The notes below the pieces were generated by a model. That model saw nothing but the letters and a program-made list of their open reading frames with translations. It made no database searches and was not told the DNA's origin. This document shows positions 28,973 through 39,837 of a stretch of 64,000 nt of DNA, in pieces; within the stretch, counting starts at the first letter, position 1, and the number at the start of each line of letters is the position of its first letter. The DNA comes from Longimicrobiales bacterium (GTDB lineage Bacteria; Gemmatimonadota; Gemmatimonadetes; Longimicrobiales; Gaopeijiaceae). A program made the translations under genes and the position numbers. The DNA lies in contig CBDDCX010000008.1 of assembly GCA_965226375.1 (NCBI GenBank), positions 2,206,798 to 2,270,797 on the forward strand. The letters run 5' to 3'.

Positions 28973-30253
28973 CTACCGACCGTACCGATCGTAGGGGACC
29001 AACCGCCCTTCTGCCCGCAACCGCGCCGCGGTCTCCTCCATGCCGTGCATGGCTCGGAGCAGGTTCAACCCGGCAATCTTCTTGAGCTCGCCCTCGGTGT
29101 ACCCCCGGCTAAGTAGCTCGGCAAAGAGGTTCGGGTACGTGGTCAGGTCCTCCAAGCCGACGGACATCGCGTCGGGCGCGTCGGTGTAGTAGTCCGATCC
29201 GATCCCGATGTGATCGATGCCGGCCACGTCGCGGATGTTGTCGATGTGGTTGGCCACGTCGGCCACCGTGCCCCTGGGCTTCGGATTCCGCTGGTCCCAG
29301 GCCGCCAGCCGGCGGTCGATCTCGGCCACGTCGTTCAGTTCCGCCCGCAGGCGTTCGGCCTCGGCCAGGCGAGCCTCCACCCAGGCGGGGCCGTCGGGGG
29401 CGATGAAGTCGGCGATGAAGTTGACCATCACCACACCGCCGTTGGCGGGCATCAACGCGAGGACGTCGTCAGGCACGTTCCTCGGATGTGGATTGAGGGC
29501 CCGAGAGCTCGAGTGTGAGAAGATGACCGGGGCTTCGGTCACCCGGAGCGCATCCTTCATCGCCTCGGCGCTCACGTGCGATATGTCCACGAACATACCG
29601 ATCCGGTTCATCTCCCTCACGATCCGTTCACCGAGCTCACTGAGTCCGTTGTGGATCGGGTAGTCCGTTGTGGCGTCCGCCCAGTCGTTGGTCGCGCTGT
29701 GGGTGAGCGTCATGTAACGCACGCCCAACTGGTGGAACATGCGAAGGGCCGACAGGGAGTTCTGGATCGCGTGGCCGCCCTCGAACCCAATCAGTGAGGC
29801 GATGCGCAGCCCCTCGCGATGGATGCGCTCGATATCGTCCGCAGTGGTCGCGAACTCCAGATCGTCCGGATAACGCTCCACGATTCGGTAGACCATGTCG
29901 ATGGAACGCAGGGCGTGTCTCAGCGACGCCCCTGTTCGCATCGAGTCGACGGCCACATAAGCGGACCAGAACTGGGCCCCCACCTGTCCCTGCCGCAGAC
30001 GCGGAATATCCGCAGAAAGACGCGGTGCGGTCTCATTGAGATCGACTCGGCCGGCATCCCCGGCGAGCACCTCCTGGATGCTGTAGACCAGGTCGTTGTG
30101 CGTATCGATGAGAGGGACCTCAGCGAGGATCGCCCTGGCCTGAGCGAGCAGCGCGGCATCGGGAGGATCCCAGCGCTCCTGGGCCTCGACCTCGGACCGA
30201 AGCGGACCGGCCACGGCAAGCACGAACAGAACGAACAGGATCTGACGAAACAT
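28973..30253 (-). CDS. Membrane dipeptidase (M19 family)
   Basis: IDTHND, GAQFWSAY, GFEGGH, MTLTH, DISHVS, IFSHSS, GIGSDY. Confidence 0.92.
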   Translation of the reverse strand: MFRQILFVLFVLAVAGPLRSEVEAQERWDPPDAALLAQARAILAEVPLIDTHNDLVYSIQEVLAGDAGRVDLNETAPRLSADIPRLRQGQVGAQFWSAYVAVDSMRTGASLRHALRSIDMVYRIVERYPDDLEFATTADDIERIHREGLRIASLIGFEGGHAIQNSLSALRMFHQLGVRYMTLTHSATNDWADATTDYPIHNGLSELGERIVREMNRIGMFVDISHVSAEAMKDALRVTEAPVIFSHSSSRALNPHPRNVPDDVLALMPANGGVVMVNFIADFIAPDGPAWVEARLAEAERLRAELNDVAEIDRRLAAWDQRNPKPRGTVADVANHIDNIRDVAGIDHIGIGSDYYTDAPDAMSVGLEDLTTYPNLFAELLSRGYTEGELKKIAGLNLLRAMHGMEETAARLRAEGRLVPYDRYGR

Positions 30254-30482
30254 GACGTACCTCCACCTTGGAGTTCGGCGTACCCACAACCGCTGGCGCG
30301 CCGAGTGATTCTAGGGTGCGACCCGCCCCTGTGCACCGGCCTGGGAGTTGCTTCTATTGAATCCACGCTTGTCTCTTCATTGTCCCAGGATTCACGAAGA
30401 CCGAGGGCGGCCCACGATCACAACCCCGACGAACCCTGCTGACAGAGGACCTCTGAGCGCCGAGGAACACGACACGCTCCGG

Positions 30483-31001
30483 ATGGCCAACGAGGGTCTG
30501 AACAAGCGGATCCTCGGCGCGGCGAAGCTTGCGACCGTCAACGGGTGGAGCCTTGCCGTCTTCGGAGGCCTGTCCGTAATGGTCGGGCTCATCAGCCTCA
30601 CGAGTCTGGTGATCGGCGCGGGGCTGCTCGCCTTCGCCTGGAACGAGTTCCGGGGCCGAGCTCTTCTCCGGAAGCTCGATCTCGACGGGCCCAGGATCTT
30701 GGCGTGGAACCAGATCGGCCTGGCCGGCGGCGTGTTCGTATATTGCGCCTGGAGCTCCTATCGGGTGTGGGGGAGTCAAGGGGAAGAACTCGCGCTGCTC
30801 GAGGTCGCCCTGGGTGTCTCTCCGGAAGATGTGGCGCTCCTGACAGTCTTGGTCTACACCATCGTGTTCGTGGTGACGGGGCTCGTGCTGGCCGTCACCG
30901 CACGCTACCACTTCGTTCGCTTGAGGCGTCTTGAACAGTACCTCGGGGAGACGCCGGAGTGGGTCGTCGACATCCAGCGGTCTATGGCGCGGCCCGGCTA
31001 G
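30483..31001 (+). CDS. Hypothetical membrane protein (start uncertain)
   Basis: Four hydrophobic segments; co-oriented with the PKS gene. Confidence 0.6.
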   Translation: MANEGLNKRILGAAKLATVNGWSLAVFGGLSVMVGLISLTSLVIGAGLLAFAWNEFRGRALLRKLDLDGPRILAWNQIGLAGGVFVYCAWSSYRVWGSQGEELALLEVALGVSPEDVALLTVLVYTIVFVVTGLVLAVTARYHFVRLRRLEQYLGETPEWVVDIQRSMARPG

Positions 31002-31055
31002 GGGGGCCGGGACCCGCCAGCTAGCGCTCGAGGTTGGCGTCACGCATTGTGGCGC

Positions 31056-32105
31056 ATGAACCCCGCCGACCCGCGAATCCTCTCGTTGGCTACCGCCTAC
31101 CCACCGCACGTCCTCGATCAGCGTGAGGTGGCCCAGGCCGCAGGGGGGCTCTTTTCCGACGACTTCTCAGACTTCAGTCGTCTGGTGCCCATCTTCGAAC
31201 ACGCCGGCATCGAGACCCGCCACTCCTGTGTACCGATGGAGTGGTACCTCGAACCGCACGATTTCACCGAGCGGAACCGCATCTATTTGGAGAACGCTGT
31301 GGATCTCCTGGAGCGGACCGCCGTGGACTGCCTGCAGGAGGCGGGACTGTCCGCCGAGGACATCGACATGATCGTGACGGTCTCCAGCTCGGGCATCGCC
31401 ACGCCCAGCCTGGACGCGCTCCTCATGGCCAGGATGCCCTTGCGCAGTGACGTGGGCCGTCTGCCGATCTTCGGGCTAGGGTGCGCGGGCGGCGTCTTGG
31501 GGCTGTCCCGGGCGGCGGCCCTCTGCCAGGCCCATCCCGGCTCCAGGATCCTGTTCCTCGTGGTGGAACTGTGTGGCCTCACGTTCCGCCATGGTGATCG
31601 CTCGATGAGCAACGTCGTAGCGACCGCCCTCTTCGGTGATGGAGCGGGCGGCGCCATCCTCTCCAGTGAGGGTGAGGGTCCCGCCGTTACCGGTTGGGGC
31701 GAGCATTGTTTTCCGGACTCTCTCGGGGTGATGGGTTGGGATGTACGGAACGACGGGCTGGCGGTCCTTTTCTCACGTCACATTCCGACCATCGTTCGAG
31801 ATGAAATGGGACCCGTGGCACGCGAGTTCCTGAAGAAGCACGGTTTGGGGCTGGAGGACGTGTCGAGGTTCGTCTGTCACCCGGGCGGCGCCAAGGTGAT
31901 CGACGCCCTGGAGGAGATCTTCGAAGTGGGAGAGGGGGGATTGGCGGACAGCCGGGCGGTGCTTCGCGAGCACGGCAACATGTCGGCCGTTACGGTCATG
32001 TTCGTGCTCGAGCACGCTCTGAACGATGGGGCCCAGGGGCACCTTCTGCTGTCCTCTTTGGGACCGGGTTTTACGGCCGCCTTCGCGCTCGTCGATGTCC
32101 CATGA
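31056..32105 (+). CDS. Type III polyketide synthase (BpsA/SrsA-like)
   Basis: Catalytic triad motifs GLGCAGG, CHPGG, HGNMS; ALFGDG; GPGF. Confidence 0.93.
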   Translation: MNPADPRILSLATAYPPHVLDQREVAQAAGGLFSDDFSDFSRLVPIFEHAGIETRHSCVPMEWYLEPHDFTERNRIYLENAVDLLERTAVDCLQEAGLSAEDIDMIVTVSSSGIATPSLDALLMARMPLRSDVGRLPIFGLGCAGGVLGLSRAAALCQAHPGSRILFLVVELCGLTFRHGDRSMSNVVATALFGDGAGGAILSSEGEGPAVTGWGEHCFPDSLGVMGWDVRNDGLAVLFSRHIPTIVRDEMGPVAREFLKKHGLGLEDVSRFVCHPGGAKVIDALEEIFEVGEGGLADSRAVLREHGNMSAVTVMFVLEHALNDGAQGHLLLSSLGPGFTAAFALVDVP

Positions 32106-32629
32106 CGCTGGGCGTTGTCGAGTGGGTGGTGGCGCTCGTGGCGCTCCAACGCCTGGTCGAGCTGGGCTGGTCGCGGCGTAACGAGAAGGGGCTGCTCGCG
32201 CGGGGCGGGAGGGAGGTCGGCGCGCGGCACTACCCCCTTCTGGTCCTTCTCCACGCAGGCTGGCTGGTGAGCCTGTTGGTCTTCGCACCGCGCGGCGCCG
32301 TGAGCCCCATACTGCTCGGCGCGTTCGTCGCTCTACAGGCCGGACGTCTCTGGGTTATCACCACCCTGGGGCCATACTGGACGACCCGGGTCATCACGGT
32401 GGCCGACGCTCCGCTGATCCGCACCGGGCCTTACCGCTGGCTCAGACATCCCAACTACTGGATTGTGGTGGGAGAGATCGCGCTGCTTCCGGCGGCCTTC
32501 GGTGCCTATGCTGTGGCGGTGGTGTTTTCGATCCTGAACGCCGTCCTGTTGCTGTATCGCGTCCGGGTGGAGGAGGGCGCCCTGACAGAACGTCGACAAA
32601 CGCCATCGGGGACGACAGACGACTCGTAG
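32102..32629 (+). CDS. ICMT-family methyltransferase (BpsB/SrsB-like)
   Basis: QRLVEL..SRRN, WTTRVI, GPYRWLRHPNY; ATGA overlap with the PKS. Confidence 0.9.
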   Translation: MTLGVVEWVVALVALQRLVELGWSRRNEKGLLARGGREVGARHYPLLVLLHAGWLVSLLVFAPRGAVSPILLGAFVALQAGRLWVITTLGPYWTTRVITVADAPLIRTGPYRWLRHPNYWIVVGEIALLPAAFGAYAVAVVFSILNAVLLLYRVRVEEGALTERRQTPSGTTDDS

Positions 32630-32647
32630 TGACCCGCCGACCGTGGT

Positions 32648-33160
32648 TCAACAAGAATTCCGTGCGTAGCGAAGCGAGAACGCAGGTTCGGGCGACTCCA
32701 CATCACCATAGACGTGTGCGATGAGGGAGTCCGGTGACGCGTGTAAATACTCGATCGCTTGTGGGAAGTCGTGCTGCGGATTCTCGAATCGAAGGAGTGT
32801 TGCCGAAACCTCAGTCGCCCGGAAGTCTGCCGGGCTCTGTCCAGACGGATAAGCCGAAAACGTGAGGTCGCCGTCCTTTTGATGCAGTACCACCAACTCG
32901 TACCCTCGGGCCACGCCGCCGCGGACACTGCGCGACATCCCCACCATCATTCCACCCTCCGGTGCCATCCAGATCTCATCCGTGCGGGACTGACCGGACG
33001 TGGCCACCCAGCACCCCGCGAGCCAAGCAGCGGTGTCCACAGCATCCTGGGCTCGGGCCCCGATTGGCGTAAGAGCAAGCAGCAGGAGAGCCCACACGGG
33101 GTGCAGCACCGATCCAAAGGTGGGCGTCCGCAGCTCCAGGTTTCTCGGCAGTAGGTCCAT
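32648..33160 (-). CDS. Conserved exported protein (DUF6265-like)
   Basis: AWLAGCW, E.WMAPEGG, FENPQHDFPQ.I.Y. Confidence 0.75.
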   Translation of the reverse strand: MDLLPRNLELRTPTFGSVLHPVWALLLLALTPIGARAQDAVDTAAWLAGCWVATSGQSRTDEIWMAPEGGMMVGMSRSVRGGVARGYELVVLHQKDGDLTFSAYPSGQSPADFRATEVSATLLRFENPQHDFPQAIEYLHASPDSLIAHVYGDVESPEPAFSLRYARNSC

Positions 33161-33281
33161 GAATCCACGATAGACTCGCACATGGCCCCCGCAACAGGAG
33201 CTGCAATCGGCCGACCCCATTCCCGTGGACAGCGCGGGCCGCCCGCCTTCCACTCGATCCGCCATCCCACTACAGTCCAAC

Positions 33282-34583
33282 GTGCTCAATCGCGTCCGTG
33301 TTTCCCTTAGAGCTCTCCGCCACCGCAACCTGCGCCTGTTCTTCGCCGGGCAGGGGGTCTCGCTGGTGGGCACCTGGATGCAGCACGTGGCCATCAGCTG
33401 GCTCGTCTATGAGCTCACCGGCTCCGCGCTGGCCCTCGGGCTCATCGGTTTCGCCAACCAGTTCCCCATCTTCATAGTCGCTCCTTTTGCAGGAGCCCTC
33501 GGCGATCGATGGAGCCGGTACCGCATGGTGGTCATGGCCCAGATCGCCGCCATGATGCAGGCGGTGGTCCTCGCGGCCCTCGTTCTTACCGGGGCCGTGC
33601 AGGTCTGGCACCTGGTAGCTCTCTCGGCGGTGGCCGGCCTCATCAGTGGAGTAGACATCCCGGTCCGACAGGCCCTCTTGGTGCGGCTGGTCAAAGGCCA
33701 AGAGGACCTTCCCAACGCCATCGCCCTCAATTCCTCGATGTTCAACTCCGCACGGCTGGTGGGCCCGGCGGTAGCGGGCGTGCTGATCGGCTGGGTGGGT
33801 GAGGGTCCCGTCTTCGTCGTCAACGCGGTGAGTTACCTGTGCGTCCTGGGAGCCCTCGCGGCGATCCGACTCGAGGGGAAACCAGCGGAGCCCGCCGGGC
33901 CCGTCCTCCAGAACATTGCCCAAGGATTCGCCTACGCTTTCCGCTTCGTGCCGATCCGCGATCTGCTCACACTTCTCACGTTGGTCTCCCTCGTGGGGGT
34001 GCCGTACGTGGTGCTGCTTCCCGTCTTCGCCAGGGACATTCTCGGCGGCGGGGCGAGTACGCTCGGCCTCCTCACGTCGTGCGCGGGCTTCGGGGCAGTC
34101 ATTGGCGCCCTGTCGCTGGCTTCGCGTAACACCGTGGTCGGGCTGGGGCGTGTCATCGTACGCGGGTCGACCTTGTTCGGGGTCACTCTGGTGGCCTTCG
34201 CGTTCAGTGAGATCCTCTGGTTGTCATGTGTCCTACTGGTGGCGAGTGGCTTTGCCGTGATGGTGGTCACCGCCTCCATCAACACCATGCTCCAGACCCT
34301 GGTGGAGGAAGACATGCGCGGCCGGGTCATGAGCCTCTACACCGTGGCCTTCATCGGTATGTCCCCGATAGGCAGCTTGGCGGGCGGCGCCATAGCCGGC
34401 CGGGTCGGAGCTCCGCTGGCGGTCGCCTTCGGCGGGCTGGCATGTTTGGCTTTGGCCTTGTGGTTCAGGCGACGGCTCGCCCCGCTCAGAGAGATCGTGT
34501 ATCCAGTCTATGAGCGCATGGGGATTCTACCCGAGGTGGCTCGGGGGCTGCACACCGCGACCACATTCCGGCCGAAGAGCTAG
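33282..34583 (+). CDS. MFS transporter
   Basis: RNLRLFFAGQGVSLVGTWMQ, NAIALNS..FN.ARLVGP, RGRVMSLY. Confidence 0.9.
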   Translation: MLNRVRVSLRALRHRNLRLFFAGQGVSLVGTWMQHVAISWLVYELTGSALALGLIGFANQFPIFIVAPFAGALGDRWSRYRMVVMAQIAAMMQAVVLAALVLTGAVQVWHLVALSAVAGLISGVDIPVRQALLVRLVKGQEDLPNAIALNSSMFNSARLVGPAVAGVLIGWVGEGPVFVVNAVSYLCVLGALAAIRLEGKPAEPAGPVLQNIAQGFAYAFRFVPIRDLLTLLTLVSLVGVPYVVLLPVFARDILGGGASTLGLLTSCAGFGAVIGALSLASRNTVVGLGRVIVRGSTLFGVTLVAFAFSEILWLSCVLLVASGFAVMVVTASINTMLQTLVEEDMRGRVMSLYTVAFIGMSPIGSLAGGAIAGRVGAPLAVAFGGLACLALALWFRRRLAPLREIVYPVYERMGILPEVARGLHTATTFRPKS

Positions 34584-34594
34584 CCGAGCGAGTC

Positions 34595-35133
34595 CTAAGG
34601 CAGCGCCATCGCCGCCAGCATGTTCGGGATCTGCACCACGATGTGTTGCTTGCCGTTGTGCATGAACGTGCTCAGCCCGTAACGAGGATTACCCGGCAGC
34701 TCGACCTGCGCGATTCGCTCGCCGGTAGCCTTGTTCACCGCGTACAGGTAAGGCGTACCGTCGCTGCCGTTGCCGGTGTGGATGAGTAGCGTCTTGGTCA
34801 CGATCTGAGCCGCCTGACGCCCCGTCCCCGTGTTGGGTATGTCGAGCCCTGCGAGCGCCGGATTGTTCTTGACCAGGTTCGGCGTGTCTCCTACCGGAAT
34901 CCACCAGAGATGCTCACCCGTGTTCATGTCGATCGCAGTGATCTTGCTGTATGGCGGCTTGAAGATCGGCATGCCCCGGATGCGTCCGAATCGGGCGGAG
35001 CGGCCCACGGCGAACTTGTTGATCGTCGAACCCGTCGGAACTCCCCTCTCTCCATCCATCTCCTCACCTGGAACCATGATCCGGGACGAGCACCCTTTCT
35101 GGGACGTCACGTACAGGATCCCTCGGTTGGATG
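34595..35133 (-). pseudogene. C-terminal fragment of a PQQ dehydrogenase paralog
   Basis: GILYVTSQKGC...KPPYSKITAIDMNTGEHLWWIPVG parallels 14290-16332; 5' part absent beyond the intron. Confidence 0.85.
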
Positions 35134-37033
35134 ATCGGGATAGGGGAGGACCGGCGATCCCGGTCCTTCCCCTCCCACACCACCAGGCATGCGGGTCCGC
35201 ACCTGGCGGTTCGGTGAGTTGAGGTCAGTACGGCGTGAGCCGGGGCACACCCAGCTCGTCGAAGTACGCCCCTGGCAAGGCCGTGTGCAGGGCGTGGTGC
35301 GCGGCCACGTGCCACCAGCTTCGCGCGAACCGAGCAGCTCGCCAGGCGAGGTTCTCGCTCACACCGCGAGCCCTCAACTCCCGGTACGCTGTCCTTCCCC
35401 GTTTCCACTGGCGTAATTGCAACGTACGCAGCCGGCGGTGGATCCATTGGTCCAGGTCTCGGAAAACCCCCGGTGTATCCGCTAAGCCGAAGTATGCCTT
35501 CCACCCCAGCACGTAGCGCCGTAGCTCTTCCGCCACCTGTTGCAGGCTCCGCCCGCCACTCCGGCTTGTAATCTGCCGGACTCGCTCCTTGAACTTCGTC
35601 AGGGCCTTCTTGCTGACCCGGCGCTTCACGACCTTCCCTGCCGCTACCCAGAAGCTGTAGCCCAGGAACTGTCGATCCCACACTCGCGCCACCGCGCTCT
35701 TTTCCTCGTTGACCTGAAGCCGAAGTTTCCCGTACAAGTGCCTCAGCGCCTGCATCACACGTTGTCCTGCCCGCCTCGACCGCACGTATACATTGCAGTC
35801 ATCGGCGTACCGGACAAACGCGTGTCCGCGTAGCTCCAACTCCTTGTCCACTTCGTCCAGGAGCACGTTCGCCAGCAACGGCGACAACGGTCCGCCCTGA
35901 GGCGTCCCCATGTGCCGCTCCATCACCACCCCGTTCGCCATGACTCCGGCTTCCAGGTAGCGACGGAGGATCCGCAGCATCGCCTTATCCTCGATCCGCT
36001 TTGCCAGCCGCCCCATCAGCACGTCGTGGTTCACCCGGTCGAAAAACTTCTCCAGGTCCACATCCACCACCCATCGTCTCCCTTCCTGGATGTATTGCTG
36101 CGCTTCGCGCACCGCATCGTGTGCTCGGCGCCCAGGCCGGAAGCCGTGGCTGTGCCGACTGAACGTCGGGTCGAACCTCGGTTGCAGCACCTGCAGGATG
36201 GCTTGTTGGATGAACCGGTCCAGCACGGTCGGAATCCCCAACTCCCGGACCCCTCCCCCACTCTTCGGTATCTCCTGCCTTCGTACCGGCTTCGGTTGGT
36301 AGGTCCCCGCCAGCAACCGCTGTCGGATCTCCCCCCAGTGCCTGCGCAAGTACTCTGGCAGCTCCTCCACGCTCATCCCGTCGATGCCCGGACTGCCCTT
36401 ATTCTGCCGCACGCGTTTCAACGCTCCTACGAGGTTGGCACGCCCGACCACCTCCTCCATCAGGAGATGCTCGCTTCCTGAGCGCTCGTCTCCATGGGCC
36501 ACCGTTCCGGCTTCGCCACTCCCCTCTACCTTCGGGGCTTCACCCCTATCCTCCAGCGGGAGCTCCAGTTGCCTGGACTCCTGGCGCATGGCCTTCTCGA
36601 GATCCACGGTCGTCACACTCTCCTCTCCGTTCGGCCCTTCGTCCGACAAAGCTGGGTCCAAGCGCATCATGCACTTCGTCGGCCTACTATGGCCTCTGCT
36701 GACTTCTCGCTCCGCCGGCAGGCCCAACAGCGCAATGCCGGCGTCGCCCTTTCAGGCGTCAGGCGAGACCTCCCCGGGTAAGAACGATGACCTTCCCCGC
36801 ACAATCGCCGGATCTACGCCGCTTCCCCTTGGTCGCAGGAGCTTCGCGGTCAGTGGTCCGCTCGCCCCGGTCCGCAGCACCTCGTATCCGGTTCCTGTTC
36901 GTCGACTCACGGGTTCGTTTCACGCTTCGTTCAGCGTACGCCTCACGACGAACGCCTTGCGCTTCCCTTCGGTCCCTGCGACCAGGTTCCGGGAGGACTT
37001 TCACCTCCAAGTCATCGCCCATGCCGGGCCCAC
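35134..37033 (-). mobile_element. Group II intron, class IIC (1900 nt)
   Basis: 5' GTGGGCCCGGCATGGG..GGTGAAAGTCC; domain V AACCGCCAGGTGCGGACCCGCATGCCTGGTGGT (CGC triad); 3' end CTATCCCGAT; inserted just after a terminator hairpin. Confidence 0.92.
35225..36589 (-). CDS. ltrA: Group II intron reverse transcriptase/maturase, no endonuclease domain (start uncertain)
   Basis: NKGSPGIDG, RELGIPTVLDR, GTPQGGPLSPLLAN, RYADD. Confidence 0.93.
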   Translation of the reverse strand: MRQESRQLELPLEDRGEAPKVEGSGEAGTVAHGDERSGSEHLLMEEVVGRANLVGALKRVRQNKGSPGIDGMSVEELPEYLRRHWGEIRQRLLAGTYQPKPVRRQEIPKSGGGVRELGIPTVLDRFIQQAILQVLQPRFDPTFSRHSHGFRPGRRAHDAVREAQQYIQEGRRWVVDVDLEKFFDRVNHDVLMGRLAKRIEDKAMLRILRRYLEAGVMANGVVMERHMGTPQGGPLSPLLANVLLDEVDKELELRGHAFVRYADDCNVYVRSRRAGQRVMQALRHLYGKLRLQVNEEKSAVARVWDRQFLGYSFWVAAGKVVKRRVSKKALTKFKERVRQITSRSGGRSLQQVAEELRRYVLGWKAYFGLADTPGVFRDLDQWIHRRLRTLQLRQWKRGRTAYRELRARGVSENLAWRAARFARSWWHVAAHHALHTALPGAYFDELGVPRLTPY

Positions 37034-37041
37034 CACCGCAA

Positions 37042-37065
37042 ACAGAGCCCCCGTAGGGACTCTGT
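37042..37065 (-). terminator. Intrinsic terminator-like hairpin forming the intron 5' exon
   Basis: ACAGAGTCCC-TACG-GGGGCTCTGT followed by TT, just after the stop at 37072. Confidence 0.8.
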
Positions 37066-37071
37066 AAGTCT

Positions 37072-37476
37072 TCAAGTTGCCGAGTCGGGAAGGTGGGGGC
37101 GCTCCCTCCCGGACCGCACTCGACGCCATAACAGAAATGCGTAAGCGCCCAGGTTGATCACGACGACCAGGCCCCCGAGGAACAACTGGTCGAGCCGGGT
37201 CAGGCCGGCGGGATAGAGGAGCCGATCCAGGTAGTGCTCGATAAAGCCGCCCGTGTATCCTTGTGCCCCTCCCATACTGCGAAAGCGAACTTCGATCGGA
37301 GTCAGAGGACAAATCCCACCCGTGACCTCGATCCATGTGCCCCAAAGCGCGCATGGAATGTGCGACCACGCCATCTTCGGCCAGCGGTATACCGTGAGCG
37401 CGCCCAGTATCACGAACACGATGAAGGCGAAGTGAAGGATGACCAAGGCGTCCGCCAGGAGCAGATAGATCACCAC
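37072..37476 (-). CDS. DUF2784 family membrane protein
   Basis: HFAFIVFV, ICPLTPIE, GYTGGFIEHY...LYP. Confidence 0.85.
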   Translation of the reverse strand: MVIYLLLADALVILHFAFIVFVILGALTVYRWPKMAWSHIPCALWGTWIEVTGGICPLTPIEVRFRSMGGAQGYTGGFIEHYLDRLLYPAGLTRLDQLFLGGLVVVINLGAYAFLLWRRVRSGRERPHLPDSAT

Positions 37477-37514
37477 TTGGCCATTCTCAGGTTTCGGGAA
37501 TCCCGGTCCGTCTC

Positions 37515-37597
37515 TGCGATTCTACTGCGCGTCCAAGATGCCGACCGCAAGCGAAGCGCGCGAGCCGAATGCCTACCGCGACTGCAGCAATCGCTTG
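37515..37597 (-). repeat. attC-family repeat lacking both R boxes
   Basis: CAAGCGATTGCTGCAGTCGCGGTA identical to 54782-54759; ends GCGCAGTAGAATCGCA. Confidence 0.75.
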
Positions 37598-37873
37598 ACG
37601 GCACGCGCCGTGACCTTGATTACGTCAGGCTCCGGGCTGCAGCGAGGCGGACCGCTACATAGCGCCAACCTTCCTCGTGGCGGCGCACCACGAACGTACT
37701 ACTCACCCGGAAGGAGCCGCTCTCCAAGCCGTCCACAATCCATCACACGTTCAAGGGCCAACCGCTCTCGAAGTGCAAAGCCTCGAAGTGGCCACGTCAG
37801 GCAAGCCCGGACGCCTAACTGATGCGGACCTCGCTCCGTGTCCTTCGCTTGATTGGGATGCCTGACGTTGGAT

Positions 37874-39452
37874 CCCTCTCTGCCAACGTACGTGAGACAC
37901 GGAGCACGCAAAGAATTAGAGTAGGGCGAAGGCAGAGAAAACGAACATGTTGGGACTGCGAGAGAGAATGGCAGAGAATGGTAGTGCCCCTGGAACCGGG
38001 GAGGCCAAGCGAAGCGCGGCAGCTCCTGCGGACCCGGAGGTAGTAGATAGGCCGCTACGGCGGCGGTTCAGTCCGTCGTACAAGCTGCGGATCGTCGAAG
38101 AAGCGGACCGGTGCACCGAGCCCGGCGAGGTGGGTCAAGTCCTGCGGCGAGAGGGCCTGTACTCGTCGCACCTGACGACGTGGCGCAAGGCGGCGCATAG
38201 CGGGTCGCTGAAGGCCCTGTCGAAGAAACGCGGCCGCAAGCCGGAGCGAAATCCGCTGGATGAGAAGGTACGCAAGCTGGAGCGGCGAAACGCACGGCTC
38301 GGGAATGAGCTCAGGAAGGCACACCTGATCATCGACGTGCAGGGAAAAGTTGCGGGGCTGCTGGGGATAAGCCTCGACGACGGGACAAACTCTTGAAGGC
38401 GGCCGATGAGCTGGCTAAGCACGTCGGTGTAAAACCGGCGTGCGCGGCCCTCGAGGTCTCCCGATCGACGTTGTACCGTCGTCGAGGCCCATCAACCGGG
38501 CAACAGCAGCCCCGCCCGACGCCCGCCCGGGCATTGAGCGAGACGGAACGAGGCGAGGTCTTCGACACGCTGTGTTCGGAGCGGTTCGTGGACCGCTCAC
38601 CCGCCGAGGTGGTGGCCACGCTGCTCGACGAAGAGGTCTACCTGTGCAGCGAACGCACGATGTATCGTGTTCTGGCCTCCGAGGTGCCGGTTCAGGAACG
38701 CCGGGCGCAGCGCACCCATCCCGAGTACAAGAAGCCCGAGTTGATGGCCACGGCGCCGAACCAGGTGTGGTCCTGGGATATCACGCGGCTGCTCGGGCCG
38801 AAGAAGTGGAGCTATTACTACCTCTACGTCATCATGGACATCTACAGCCGCTACGTCGTGGGCTGGATGGTGGCGGACCGGGAGAACTCGGCCCTGGCCG
38901 GCCGGTTGATCCAGCAGAGCTGCCTGAAGCATGGCGTCCAGCCCCGGGTCCTGACCCTGCACTCGGATCGGGGACGACTCCAATGACGAGCCAATGCACC
39001 GCTCAACTTCTCGCTGACCTCGGCGTGACAATGTAAAACCCGCTCGTTGAGCCGGCCTCAGGTGTCGGATGACAACCCGTTTTCCGAGGCTCAGTTCAAA
39101 ACCTTGAAGTACCATCCCTCGTTTCCCGGACGGTTCGGGGATCAGGGCCAAGCCAAGACGTTCTGTCGATCGTTCTTCCGCTGGTACAATGCCGAGCACC
39201 GCCATGGCGGCATCTCGATGCTAACCCCCGAGCAGGTCCACTTCGGGAACGCCGATCAGGTCATTGCCGGCAGGAAATCCGTGCTCCGCGAAGCATGGGC
39301 CGCTCATCCCGAACGCTTCGTCAGAGGTGTGCCGAAGCCCAAACCGCTCCCGGAGGCCGTCTTCATCAATCCTCCCATCCCTTCCCTCACCACACAGGAC
39401 ATTGCTCTCTAATTAATCCCGTAGAGTGTCCCATTGTCGTTGACAGGTTCCG
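37874..39452 (+). mobile_element. IS3-family element, copy A (orfA 37947-38396; orfB 38393-39412 broken near 38970-39040)
   Basis: IR TGCCAACGTACGTGAGACAC / GTGTCCCATTGTCGTTGACA; near-identical to 45288-46854 with 2- and 10-nt insertions. Confidence 0.9.
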
Positions 39453-39837
39453 CTGCGCGATCAAGATGTGGACCGCAAGCGACCCCGAACACCCCATGCG
39501 CTCAAGCTACGGGTGATGCTCGGGCGGTGCGATGGCCGGACGTGGGCTGGATGGTGGCGGACCGGGAGAACTCGGCCCTGGCCGGCCGGTTGATCCAGCA
39601 GAGCTGCCTGAAGCATGGCGTCCAGCCCCGGGTCCTGACCCTGACCTTCTACTCGTTGTCGGCCAGTCGCGCCCTCACTCGTCTCGCGCCTGCAACAGCA
39701 ATCCCTGGATCTCTTCCGTCCAGGATCGAGCCATATCCCGAGTACGCAAGCTGGAGCGGCGAAACGGTTCTGACAAACTCTTGAAGGCGGCCGATGGCGT
39801 CCGCCGGCGTGCGGCCCTCGAGGTCTCCCGATCGTCG

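Noticed and set aside
35225..36727. Reverse transcriptase as retron, DGR or defence RT
   Set aside because: It lies within clear group II intron 5' end, domain V and domain VI sequences and has maturase-type motifs.
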